Translations under genes and position numbers: made by a program
Source of the DNA: an uncultured Clostridia bacterium
GTDB taxonomy: Bacteria > Bacillota > Clostridia > Christensenellales > CAG-917
Assembly: GCA_934254715.1 (NCBI GenBank)
Contig: CAKQLT010000002.1
Span: forward strand, 928 to 64,927
DNA length: 64,000 nucleotides
Direction: 5' to 3'
Shown here: piece after piece, positions 56,122-64,000 of the stretch
Layout of the letters: each line of letters starts with the position of its first letter
Position numbering within the stretch: position 1 is the first letter of the stretch
The notes under the pieces: generated by a model
Seen by the model: only the letters and a program-made list of their open reading frames with translations
Database searches by the model: none
Told to the model about the DNA's origin: nothing

Positions 56122-56276
56122 GAAAAGGCTTGATAGTGAAAAGAATTGCTTGAAGTGATACGAAAGCGTATTAAACGTAGGCATACGAGCGTGTCTTGCT
56201 TGATAGCGAAGCGTCAAACCGTTTGGACAGAAAACGGTTTCAAAAACAAAAGAAACGATTTGCTTTGATTTTATAT

Positions 56277-56365
56277 GGAAGCGTATCGAAGCGGTCATAA
56301 CGAGGCGGTCTTGAAAACCGTTTGGGTGCAAGCCCACGGGGGTTCGAATCCCTCCGCTTCCGCCA
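56277..56365 (+). tRNA. tRNA-Ser (anticodon UGA), CCA encoded
   Basis: The acceptor stem is GGAAGCG/CGCTTCC and the D-stem has 3 bp. The anticodon stem-loop is GCGGT-CTTGAAA-ACCGT. There is a long variable arm (TGGG..CCCA). The T-arm is GGGGG-TTCGAAT-CCCTC, with discriminator G plus CCA. Confidence 0.93.
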
Positions 56366-56372
56366 AAAATAT

Positions 56373-56448
56373 GCTGATGTGGCTCAGGTGGTAGAGCACA
56401 TCCTTGGTAAGGATGAGGTCACCAGTTCAAGTCTGGTCATCAGCTCCA
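56373..56448 (+). tRNA. tRNA-Thr (anticodon GGU), CCA encoded
   Basis: The acceptor stem is GCTGATG/CATCAGC and the D-arm is GCTC-AGGTGGTA-GAGC. The anticodon stem-loop is CATCC-TTGGTAA-GGATG. The T-arm is ACCAG-TTCAAGT-CTGGT, followed by T plus CCA. Confidence 0.93.
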
Positions 56449-56450
56449 AA

Positions 56451-56481
56451 TCCGTGAACGAAATTCGTTCACGGATTTTTT
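56451..56481 (+). terminator. Intrinsic terminator after the tRNA pair
   Basis: TCCGTGAACGAAATTCGTTCACGGA is followed by TTTTTT. Confidence 0.8.
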
Positions 56482-56714
56482 ATATCTTCGTGTACGAAGA
56501 TATAAAAGCGCGGCTTTCAACCGCGCGGCGCGCTCGTCGTCATCGCACAGCGATTGAGAATACTTTGTGCTCTCATCGCCTTTGCTTGCCGTCATCAGTC
56601 ACATTACCGCAATTTTTCGTGGTTTGGTAGTCCGAAAATGGCGTTTTTCTTTACCTTTTTTACCCAAAACGACACTCGCAATTACCGCTTTTTGCACGTT
56701 TATTGCAGAATCGT

Positions 56715-56760
56715 GTGTCAAAATGGTGTCAAAATGGTGTCAAAAAGTGTGTCAAAAAAT
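56715..56760 (+). repeat. Four tandem, helically phased GTGTCAAAA repeats (iteron-like / A-tract array)
   Basis: The units are GTGTCAAAATG (56715-56725), GTGTCAAAATG (56726-56736), GTGTCAAAAAGT (56737-56748) and GTGTCAAAAAAT (56749-56760). Confidence 0.85.
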
Positions 56761-56884
56761 CACAAAAATCGTAATAGGTTTACTTACTGCTTTAATATCG
56801 ACCGTTGCGCATATTTGCATATCAGAGTTCTCGTATTCGTGTATGCGCAAATATACATATGTCTAAAAAAGTTGCAATCAAGTG

Positions 56885-56913
56885 TTTACGAGTCGAAATT
56901 CGTGTGCTATAAT
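56885..56913 (+). promoter_or_regulatory. Extended -10 promoter for the GDPD gene
   Basis: TTTACG, a 17-nt spacer, then TGcTATAAT (TG at 56905-56906, TATAAT at 56908-56913). The RBS AAGGTG precedes the ATG at 56952. Confidence 0.5.
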
Positions 56914-56951
56914 GTCAATATTATAAATTTTATATTGTGATAAGGTGAAAA

Positions 56952-58070
56952 ATGAAAATCAAATTGAACGAATTTTTCAGACGTGACGTTGACGGCGTTG
57001 ACGTGTTGCTTACGGATTCCCCCGAAGTCAAAGCGCAAGTGAAAAAGCACAAAAAAAACGTGAAAGACGCAATCGTATGGTCGATTGTGGGTACGCTTTT
57101 GTTCGTGTTGGTGCTCAACGTCGTGATTTTGCCGCTTACGGGCAAGTGCGCGCGCGTCGAACACGTCACCGATTACGTCGGCGACAATCAATATATCGCT
57201 TTCCACAAGCCCGAAGGCTTGATGCTTTCCGCTCACCGCGCGGGCGGCGTTCTCGAACCCGAAGAAACGATGGCGGCGTTCAAGCAATGTATGGAAGAAG
57301 CGCAAAGAGAGAATTACAAAGTCGATATTCTCGAATTTGACTTGCACCTCACAAAAGACGACGTACTCGTGCTTATGCACGACCACGAAATCGACCGTAC
57401 GTCAAACGGCACGGGCAAGATTTGCGATATGACTCTTGCCGAACTCAAAACCTACAATTTCGGTTACAACTTCCAAACCGAAGACGGCGTATACAAATAT
57501 CGCGACAAGTTCGACGCAGAACTCGAAAACGTGCGTATCGTCACGCTCAAAGAAGTGTTGGATTACGTCGAAAAGGTCGCTCGCCCCGACAAATCTATGA
57601 ATTACGTCATCGAAATCAAGGACGGCGACGACGTTGGCAGACGCGCTATGAACAAACTCTACCGTATGATGGTGGAATACGACATCGTTGACCGCACGGC
57701 GTTCGGCACTTTCCACGGCGAAATCAGCAAGTACGTAGACGAGTGCAACGCTTTGGGCGTATTCGAGCAAGAAGTGGTGCGCTCTGCGGGTATAACCGAA
57801 GTGCTCGATTTCTATTTCGCATTCCTTTACGGCAATACGAACGCAAAATTCAATTTCAAGGTTTTGCAAATTCCGATGGGCTTCAACGGTTTCTTTGATT
57901 TGTCCACGAAAGAGTTTATCGACTTTGCGCACAGTATGGGTATTGCGGTGCAGTACTGGACGATAAACGACCCCGACGACGTTGCCAAACTTCAAGCCAA
58001 CGGCGCGGACTGCATAATGACGGACAACCCGAAAATGGCATACGAAGTTCTGCACAGAAACGACAAATAA
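56952..58070 (+). CDS. Membrane-anchored glycerophosphodiester phosphodiesterase (GDPD family)
   Basis: There is an N-terminal TM helix. The GDPD motifs are HRAGGVLEPEETMAAF, EFDLHLTKDDVLVLMHDHEIDRTSNG and QYWTINDP. Confidence 0.85.
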   Translation: MKIKLNEFFRRDVDGVDVLLTDSPEVKAQVKKHKKNVKDAIVWSIVGTLLFVLVLNVVILPLTGKCARVEHVTDYVGDNQYIAFHKPEGLMLSAHRAGGVLEPEETMAAFKQCMEEAQRENYKVDILEFDLHLTKDDVLVLMHDHEIDRTSNGTGKICDMTLAELKTYNFGYNFQTEDGVYKYRDKFDAELENVRIVTLKEVLDYVEKVARPDKSMNYVIEIKDGDDVGRRAMNKLYRMMVEYDIVDRTAFGTFHGEISKYVDECNALGVFEQEVVRSAGITEVLDFYFAFLYGNTNAKFNFKVLQIPMGFNGFFDLSTKEFIDFAHSMGIAVQYWTINDPDDVAKLQANGADCIMTDNPKMAYEVLHRNDK

Positions 58071-58182
58071 GTTTGCAAATAAACTCGGTTTTTAAGAAAC
58101 GTAATTTTGTAGAAACGACAAATTTCGGAAAAAATAAACGATAATTAGTTTTCAAAAGCAAACGATTTTCAAAACGGATTAT

Positions 58183-58211
58183 AAAAAAGGCACTCTTTCG
58201 AGTGCCTTTTT
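58183..58211. terminator. Bidirectional terminator between the GDPD and GH3 genes
   Basis: AAAAAA-GGCACTC-TTTC-GAGTGCC-TTTTT. Confidence 0.7.
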
Positions 58212-58226
58212 CAATTTGTCGAGCGA

Positions 58227-60683
58227 TTATTTCTTTTCGTTCTTTTCTTCCTTTTCTTTGCCGAAGCCTTTGAGGAATCTGCGGAAGCCGCCTTTTCTGC
58301 CGTTGAGCATATCCACGAGTCCGTCAAGCGAACGCTTGGATATGATGCCCATCGACCACGCCGCTATCGTGCGGTAGGGCATATCTTTGACGGAATTGGT
58401 GAGCATTTCGGGGTTCTCGGACGAGAGCGCGACGAGGTTGATGACGCCCACGCAGAGATTGTACATAAACTTGCCGAATGGCGAAACTCTGCATTGACCG
58501 ATCGTGTTGTTTGCAAGCAATTCGCCTTTTTCGTAAGGTCTGTTTTCAATCATCTTTGCGCCGTAGAGTGCCTCGAATTGCGCGACGGGGATTTCGGTTG
58601 CGTTTGCGATGTCGTAGTAGCAAGGCGCAACTGCTTTGTAGTCGGGGATAGGTGCGTCGGGATTCTTGGACGTCACGTTTACGATGCCTTCGAGTTTGAT
58701 GTCGCGAGAGGATGCGCCAACCAAAATCTTGAAGTCGCCGCTTTCGACGTGCCAGTCTTTGATTGCGACGTTGTAGTATGCGAATGCTCTTGAATCGAGA
58801 GTGATTTCGACATCCTTTTCTTCACCCGGTTGCAAGAACACTTTTTTGAAGCCTTTGAGTTCTTTTGCGGGGCGATAGAGAGTGCTTTCGACGTCCGAAA
58901 CGTAGAGTTGCGCGATTTCCGCACCCGCGACCTTGCCGACGTTCTTGACGGTGAAAGTGACGGTGAGCGGGTCGCCTTCGTTGATTGCGTTTGCGCTTAT
59001 GCGAAGATTCGAGTACTCGAATTGCGTGTAGGAAAGACCGTAGCCGAAGGGATATTTGACTCTCTTTTTCGCGCTGTCGTAATAGCGATAGCCGACGTAA
59101 ATGCCTTCGCGGTATTCAACCGTTCTCGGTCCCATACGGAAGTATTTAGAGCCGAGATAATCGTCTTCGTGGACGGGGAAGGTTTCTGCGAGTTTGCCCG
59201 ACGGATTGACCTTGCCGTAGAGAAGGTTGTACGCCGCTTCGCCGCCTGCCTGACCGCCGAGATAGAGGTTGAGAATACCTTTTACGCTCTTGTCCCAGTC
59301 GCCGATTTCGACGGGCGAACCGCAAGAAAGCACGACGACGACGTTTTTGTTGACTTTCAAAATTTCGTTGATGAGCGTGACGTGCGAGGACGGCATTTTG
59401 ATGTGGTGGCGGTCGTAGCCTTCCGATTCAAACGCGTCTGTAAGACCGATGAACAAAAGCACGACGTCTTTGCCTTTTGCGGCTTTTACCGCCTTGTTTA
59501 TGAGGCTCTTTTTGTAGCCTTCGCCTTTGAGAACGTAGCCGTCTGCGTACTCGTAGGGTTGACCCGCTTTGTCGAGTGCGTCGGTGAACGACGTGAGTTT
59601 CGTGGGAAGAATGTGGCTCGAACCACCGCCTTGATAGCGGATTTTCTTTGCGAGTTTGCCGATGACGGCGATGTTTTGCTTCTTGTTCAAAGGAAGTATG
59701 CCGTCGTTTTTGAGAAGAACCGCGCCGCCTTCCGCCGCTTTGCGTGCGATAGCGTTGTGTTTTTCGATGTCAAAGGTTACGCCTTCGATTTCGCGCACGG
59801 TGTTTTCGTATGCGAATCTGATGAGACGAAGCACCACTTTGTCGATGTCTTCTTCGGTGAGAGTGCCTGCTTCGAGTGCCTTGTAAACGGTGCCGCCGTT
59901 AAGGCCGCACCCTTTGCTGCCGGGCATTTCGAGGTCCATACCGGCCTTGACGCCTTCCGCGCGGTCGTTGACTGCGCCCCAGTCGCTTACGACTATGCCT
60001 TTGTATCCCCATTCGTCGCGAAGAATATCGGTGAGGAAGCGTTTGTGGTCGCTAAGGTACGTTCCGTTGAGGCGGTTGTAGGAACACATAACGGTCGTGG
60101 GTTGTTCCTCTTTGACGATATGCTCGAAAGCGGGCATATAGATTTCGCGCAAAGTGCGCTCGTCAACGATGGAATCGATTGTCATTCTTATGTATTCTTG
60201 GTTGTTTGCAAGATAGTGTTTGAGGGAAGTGCCGACGTTTTTCTTTTGCACGCCGTGAACCCACGCGCCGCCCATACGACCTGCGAGGAACGGGTCTTCC
60301 GAGAAGTACTCGAAGTTTCTTCCGCACAACGGACCTCTTTTGATGTTTACGCCCGGTCCGAGAACGGTCGAAACGCCGAGCGATTGAGCCTCGACAGCGA
60401 TAGCCTCGCCGACTTCTTCAACGAGGTCTACGTCCCAACTCGAAGCGGTGGTGACTGCGCCGGGGAAGCAAGTTGCGGGTTCGGGCGTTTGCATAATGTT
60501 GACGCCTTTGCCGATTTTTTCACGTCTGAGTCCGCTCGGTCCGTCGCTCATACGCACGGCGGGAATGTCGATTCCGTCGCGTTTGACGGGTTGAGTGAGC
60601 CAGTTTGTAGAACCGGAAAGCATAGACACTTTTTCGTCAAGCGTCAACTTGCCCAGTATTTCCAAATAGTCCTTGTCGTTCAT
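58227..60683 (-). CDS. Glycoside hydrolase family 3 beta-glucosidase (full length)
   Basis: I chose the ATG at 60683, which follows GGAGG; the 60695 ORF-track start is a TTG. The motifs are MSDGPSGLR, the catalytic region GIVVSDWGA, SGKLAETFP, and [15 protein letters not shown]. Confidence 0.93.
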   Translation of the reverse strand: MNDKDYLEILGKLTLDEKVSMLSGSTNWLTQPVKRDGIDIPAVRMSDGPSGLRREKIGKGVNIMQTPEPATCFPGAVTTASSWDVDLVEEVGEAIAVEAQSLGVSTVLGPGVNIKRGPLCGRNFEYFSEDPFLAGRMGGAWVHGVQKKNVGTSLKHYLANNQEYIRMTIDSIVDERTLREIYMPAFEHIVKEEQPTTVMCSYNRLNGTYLSDHKRFLTDILRDEWGYKGIVVSDWGAVNDRAEGVKAGMDLEMPGSKGCGLNGGTVYKALEAGTLTEEDIDKVVLRLIRFAYENTVREIEGVTFDIEKHNAIARKAAEGGAVLLKNDGILPLNKKQNIAVIGKLAKKIRYQGGGSSHILPTKLTSFTDALDKAGQPYEYADGYVLKGEGYKKSLINKAVKAAKGKDVVLLFIGLTDAFESEGYDRHHIKMPSSHVTLINEILKVNKNVVVVLSCGSPVEIGDWDKSVKGILNLYLGGQAGGEAAYNLLYGKVNPSGKLAETFPVHEDDYLGSKYFRMGPRTVEYREGIYVGYRYYDSAKKRVKYPFGYGLSYTQFEYSNLRISANAINEGDPLTVTFTVKNVGKVAGAEIAQLYVSDVESTLYRPAKELKGFKKVFLQPGEEKDVEITLDSRAFAYYNVAIKDWHVESGDFKILVGASSRDIKLEGIVNVTSKNPDAPIPDYKAVAPCYYDIANATEIPVAQFEALYGAKMIENRPYEKGELLANNTIGQCRVSPFGKFMYNLCVGVINLVALSSENPEMLTNSVKDMPYRTIAAWSMGIISKRSLDGLVDMLNGRKGGFRRFLKGFGKEKEEKNEKK

Positions 60684-60879
60684 AATTTCCTCCAACAGAG
60701 TGTTTATATTTTGGTTTTTCGGCGATAAAGTGCCGATTCTGTGTTTTTCGTCTTTTTGCGGCGCGACTTAATGCGCGTGCGCGTTATTTATATAATCAAA
60801 CGAGTTTTGAAAAACTATATTTCATTATATCATTTTTGCACTCAACGTTCAATATGAATTTTTGCAATCACAGATACGA

Positions 60880-61563
60880 TTATTTTTGAGCGGCGAGTTT
60901 TTCTTTTTCACGGATAGAGAACGGCATTTCGTCGTTTATATAGGTGTTCCAAACGTCGATTCTGTCCTTGTCGTCGAGATAGCGAAGCACTCTTGCGGGC
61001 GAGCCTACCGCAATGCAGTTGGCGGGCAAGTCGCGAGTCACCACGCTTCCCGCGCCCACGACCGTGTTTTCGCCAATCGTAACGCCGCCGCATATCGTCA
61101 CGTTCGAGGCAATCCAGCACCCCTTTTTTATCGTTACGGGTTTTGAATATTCGAGGTCGTGGAAGCCGTCGGGATATTGTTGATTTAAGCGTTCGCTCGC
61201 CAAAAACGGATGACAAGGCGTTGCGATAGTGACGTTTGCGCCGAGCCATACGCCGTCTTCGAGCGTTATGGGCGAGATGTCCAAAAGCGTGCAGTGATAG
61301 TTGAAAAATATATCGTTTCCGACGTGAATGTTTACGCCGTATTCGCAATAAAACGGCGCGAAAACCCAAACGGATTTGCCCTTCGACGACGGAATGAGTT
61401 TGTTGAGAAGTCGTTTTTGTTTGGGTGCGTTCCAAACGGGGCATTTGTTGAATCTTTGCGTCAGCCACATACCCCTTGCGTGTTGCCAGAAAATGTCTTT
61501 GCTCGACGAGTTGTAGAGTTTGCCCTCAACCATACGAGTCCAGTCTTTCTTTTCCTTGCTCAT
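60880..61563 (-). CDS. Maltose/galactoside O-acetyltransferase-like hexapeptide-repeat protein
   Basis: The RBS is AAGGGG. The left-handed beta-helix repeats read GANVTIATPCHP...GCWIASNVTICGGVTIGENTVVGAGSVVTRDLPANCIAVGSPARV. Confidence 0.85.
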   Translation of the reverse strand: MSKEKKDWTRMVEGKLYNSSSKDIFWQHARGMWLTQRFNKCPVWNAPKQKRLLNKLIPSSKGKSVWVFAPFYCEYGVNIHVGNDIFFNYHCTLLDISPITLEDGVWLGANVTIATPCHPFLASERLNQQYPDGFHDLEYSKPVTIKKGCWIASNVTICGGVTIGENTVVGAGSVVTRDLPANCIAVGSPARVLRYLDDKDRIDVWNTYINDEMPFSIREKEKLAAQK

Positions 61564-61692
61564 ATAAAATACCCCTTTCGATATTTTTTTACGATACCAT
61601 TTTATTTTATAAAAGGATAGATTTATATCAAAATTTATTACAAAATATCAAAAAACCGTTGTAAAATACAAAAAGTATGATATTATTTTCGT

Positions 61693-62454
61693 ATGAGCAA
61701 CGACGACAACGCAAAACTTAACGTCCGATTCCTTCCCAAAGGCGTGCAAAATCCGCAATTCGAGCAACGAGAAAGCGGCGTTGCGCATACGCCGTACAGT
61801 CGCGAAGTGGCGTTCTATACTTGCGTTAAAAACGGCGACCTCGAAGGACTCAAAAGCAATATGGCGAGTTTTATGAGCGAAGCGTTGGTCGTAGGCAGAA
61901 TGAGCGACGACAATTTGCGACAAGTCAAGTATCTTGCGGTCAGTTGCATTACGCTCGCCACGCGCTACGCCGTCGAAGGCGGACTTATGGAAAGCGAGGC
62001 GTACAACCTCTCGGACGCGTACATTCAAACCGTAGATAAGACGGATTCGCCCGAAGAAATAATGAATTTTCTCATCGAAAAGGCAACCGAACTTACTATG
62101 CTCGTGAAAAGTCACCGCCAAAGGCTGGAATATCCGCCGTATATCCGCAAGGCGATAAAGGTGGTAAACGCGAGGCTTCACGAAAGGCTGACTTGCGACG
62201 ACGTTGCGAGCGAGTGCGGCGTGAGCGCGGATTATCTGTCGCAAAAATTCAAAAAGTACGTCGGCGTAAGTTTGCACAAATACATCGTTACGCAAAAACT
62301 CGAAGCGTCCAAAACTCTGCTTGCAAACGGCGTGGAATACGGCGAAATAGGCTATTATTTCGGGTTCTGCTCGCAAACGCACTACATTCAGTGCTTCAAA
62401 AAAGAGTACGGAATGACCCCCAAAGAGTATATCGCCGTAAACGCAACCGTTTGA
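61693..62454 (+). CDS. AraC-family transcriptional regulator
   Basis: The C-terminal double HTH reads LTCDDVASECGVSADYLSQKFKKYVGVSLHKYIVTQKLEASKTLL...EIGYYFGFCSQTHYIQCFKKEYGMTPKEY. Confidence 0.85.
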   Translation: MSNDDNAKLNVRFLPKGVQNPQFEQRESGVAHTPYSREVAFYTCVKNGDLEGLKSNMASFMSEALVVGRMSDDNLRQVKYLAVSCITLATRYAVEGGLMESEAYNLSDAYIQTVDKTDSPEEIMNFLIEKATELTMLVKSHRQRLEYPPYIRKAIKVVNARLHERLTCDDVASECGVSADYLSQKFKKYVGVSLHKYIVTQKLEASKTLLANGVEYGEIGYYFGFCSQTHYIQCFKKEYGMTPKEYIAVNATV

Positions 62455-62565
62455 GTGCGCCTTAAAATATCGAAAAATGTGCGAAAATATCGCGTTTTTT
62501 TGAAAAAAATATAGCAAAAATCAGTAACCGAAATAGGATACGAACGTCTTTATAGTGAGGGATGA

Positions 62566-63045
62566 ATGAAAAACACCGCTTGGGAAAACTTGTTTAAGAA
62601 ATACTACAACGAGGCTCTCTTGTACGTGTTTTCGTTCTGCCGCAATCGCACGCTTGCCGAGGACATCGTGCAAGAAGCGTATATGCGCGCAATCCGCTCT
62701 ATCGACGAGGAAAAAGACGGCTTTAAGTTCTGGCTGTTCAAGGTGTGCCGCAATCTCTACTTCGATATGCTCAGAAAAAACAAGAGAATCGAAGCGATAG
62801 AAGGCGACGTGCAATCGGACGATTCGCTTGTGGACGACGTGATTCAAAAGGACGAATATCGCGCGCTCTACAAGGCAATATCGCTCTTGAAAGACGGTTA
62901 TCGCGAGGTCGTGCGGCTCTATTATTTCGACTCGATGTCCGTCAAGGAAATAGCGTCAATCGTCGGCGAATCTACGGATAACGTGAAGATTCAACTGTAT
63001 AGAGCGAGGCTCAAACTCAAAGAAATTTTGGAGGCAAACATATGA
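62566..63045 (+). CDS. ECF-type RNA polymerase sigma factor
   Basis: The RBS is GAGGGA. Region 2 reads AEDIVQEAYMRAI...FKFWLFKVCRNLYFDMLRK. Region 4 reads VVRLYYFDSMSVKEIASIVGESTDNVKIQLYRARLKLK. Confidence 0.88.
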   Translation: MKNTAWENLFKKYYNEALLYVFSFCRNRTLAEDIVQEAYMRAIRSIDEEKDGFKFWLFKVCRNLYFDMLRKNKRIEAIEGDVQSDDSLVDDVIQKDEYRALYKAISLLKDGYREVVRLYYFDSMSVKEIASIVGESTDNVKIQLYRARLKLKEILEANI

Positions 63046-63605
63046 ATTTTGACGAAGCGTTCAAACACTATCGGGACGGTGTCGCCACCGAAGAAGAAAA
63101 ACAATTCGTAAAAGAGCAACTCGCAAAAGCCAACGAGTTTTTGCAAAACGAGTCCGTGCGCGAGGAATCGCCGGTTAAGGAAGCGGACGCGGAAGACGTG
63201 AAAAAAGCCAAAAAGAAATTCAAATGGCAATATATCGTCATTCCGTTCTGCTCGCTCGTATGCGCGCTTGCGGTCATTGCCGCAATTTTGGGCGGCGTGT
63301 TCGGCTCGGCGGCGTCGTACGCCAAAAAGTCGGCAGTGTATTCAAAATCCGCTTGTATCGACATCGCAAAGACAAAAGCGTTTGAGTTCGTCAGCGATTC
63401 CAACAACTTCACGTACGTCAACGTGGCAAGCAAAGACGACTTCAAAACCGAAGACGTGGACGCGGACTTCAACTACAACGGCAAAGATTTGAAAAGCAGT
63501 TATTACACGTATATCATCGAACTCGAAGTCAAGCGCAGCGATTTTGAAATCAAAATCGAGGTTGATACGAGAAACGGCGATTGCAAGGTTATAAAAATCG
63601 ATTGA
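63042..63605 (+). CDS. Single-pass membrane protein co-transcribed with the ECF sigma (putative anti-sigma factor)
   Basis: A 4-nt overlap joins it to the sigma gene. It has a short cytoplasmic N-terminus, one TM helix (YIVIPFCSLVCALAVIAAILGGVFG) and an extracytoplasmic C-terminal domain. Confidence 0.6.
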   Translation: MNFDEAFKHYRDGVATEEEKQFVKEQLAKANEFLQNESVREESPVKEADAEDVKKAKKKFKWQYIVIPFCSLVCALAVIAAILGGVFGSAASYAKKSAVYSKSACIDIAKTKAFEFVSDSNNFTYVNVASKDDFKTEDVDADFNYNGKDLKSSYYTYIIELEVKRSDFEIKIEVDTRNGDCKVIKID

Positions 63606-63637
63606 CCTTTTAAGCCGTAAATCATAAAACAGCATTT

Positions 63638-63671
63638 AAGGAACGTTTTTTCAAGGCGTTCCTTTCTTTTT
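63638..63671 (+). terminator. Intrinsic terminator after the sigma/anti-sigma pair
   Basis: AAGGAACG-N11-CGTTCCTT is followed by TCTTTTT. Confidence 0.7.
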
Positions 63672-63726
63672 GTATTCTACAAAATATTCCACTAATTTTT
63701 GTATAGCGTTTGCATACAATAGTTGT

Positions 63727-64000
63727 ATGTGGTCAAACGTGATTAGCATCGGCAAAGAGTACGGAAAGGAAATCGACTATATCCTCAAAAAACTTCAATG
63801 CACCAAAGACGTGTCCTACGCGACGGAAGAAAACGACGAGAGAATATGGATATATCTCGCATCGTCTTGCGACGTTTCGCAAAAAATCGAAAACGAAATG
63901 TATCGCACGCTCGCGGTCGTGTTTTTGTCGTATCTGAAACTCAGATTCTTTTTGGAAAGATTGCCCGTCCACCGTATGTCGTACGCAAAGTGCGCGCTGA
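63727..64000 (+). CDS. Hypothetical protein, 5' part (runs off the window)
   Basis: The frame from the ATG at 63727 is open to the window end (MWSNVISIGKEYGKEIDYILKKLQCTKDVSYATEENDERIWIYLASS...). It is absent from the ORF track only because it has no stop. There is no RBS, and the ATG lies 7 nt after TACAAT (63715-63720), so it may be leaderless. The competing minus-strand ORF 63733-63972 looks less protein-like. Confidence 0.45.
   Translation, partial: MWSNVISIGKEYGKEIDYILKKLQCTKDVSYATEENDERIWIYLASSCDVSQKIENEMYRTLAVVFLSYLKLRFFLERLPVHRMSYAKCAL

Noticed and set aside
56554-56940. ORFs 56554-56940 (128 aa) and 56567-56866 (99 aa) downstream of the tRNAs.
   Set aside because: The region is AT-rich and repeat-rich. 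The two ORFs overlap in different frames, have no RBS, and give hydrophobic or aromatic low-complexity products. The sequence is better explained by hairpins, iterons and the GDPD promoter.
56277-56950. A prophage or integrative element inserted at the tRNA-Ser/tRNA-Thr locus.
   Set aside because: There is no integrase, excisionase, phage or conjugation gene anywhere in the window. I could not find a direct repeat of either tRNA 3' end. Only the weaker island-like-context observation is retained.
58830-60728. A 632-aa plus-strand ORF opposite the GH3 gene. Similar shadow ORFs lie at 30249-31310 (opposite copA), 17917-18948 (opposite the FGGY kinase), 25277-26284 (opposite cca), 146-973, 1852-2871, 6341-7213, 9012-9836 and 9788-10594.
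   Set aside because: In every case the opposite strand carries a gene with unambiguous family motifs, and the shadow ORF has atypical composition. They are frame-shadow artefacts.
63733-63972. The 79-aa minus-strand ORF near the window end.
   Set aside because: The plus-strand frame starting at 63727 is open to the window edge and has a more protein-like composition. The minus ORF is its frame shadow. Confidence in either is modest.

Overview
This is a chromosomal segment of roughly 50% GC from a spore-forming Firmicute. The Clostridia-like assignment is inferred from spoIIE, the spoIIE-tilS-hpt synteny, CCA-encoding tRNAs and Gram-positive lipoboxes. Gene order, left to right:
(1) A rhamnoside utilisation locus: GH3 fragment, GPH symporter, SGNH esterase, GH78 alpha-L-rhamnosidase, a lipoprotein, and rhaB-rhaA-rhaD-fucO.
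(2) A small AT-rich islet with a sigma-like HTH gene and an inverted-repeat/direct-repeat structure.
(3) A zur-znuACB zinc operon with two extra small Cys/His proteins.
(4) An FGGY kinase and an ECF-transporter S component.
(5) spoIIE, a 460-nt ORF-free gap, then tilS-hpt-cca-rmuC-PHP.
(6) A 650-nt intergenic region filled with a 22-nt-periodic array of short hairpins.
(7) The csoR-copA copper operon.
(8) A relB/yafQ toxin-antitoxin pair.
(9) A single 19.7-kb gene for a 6,581-aa secreted GLUG/beta-helix adhesin-like protein with no recognisable cell-wall anchor.
(10) Three translationally coupled genes whose products carry SipW/TasA-class signal peptides: two TasA-like proteins and one BspA-type LRR protein.
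(11) tRNA-Ser(UGA) and tRNA-Thr(GGU).
(12) A GDPD phosphodiesterase, a full-length GH3, an O-acetyltransferase, an AraC regulator and an ECF sigma/anti-sigma pair.
I saw no rRNA, CRISPR array, cas gene, transposase, integrase or phage gene.
The most interesting candidate system is the giant anchorless adhesin together with the orphan TasA-like three-gene module. Secondary candidates are the hairpin array, several dispersed repeat families, the structured ORF-free gap between spoIIE and tilS, and a possible A7-dependent TilS/HprT frameshift fusion.
All functional calls come from motif recognition by eye. No database search was run.
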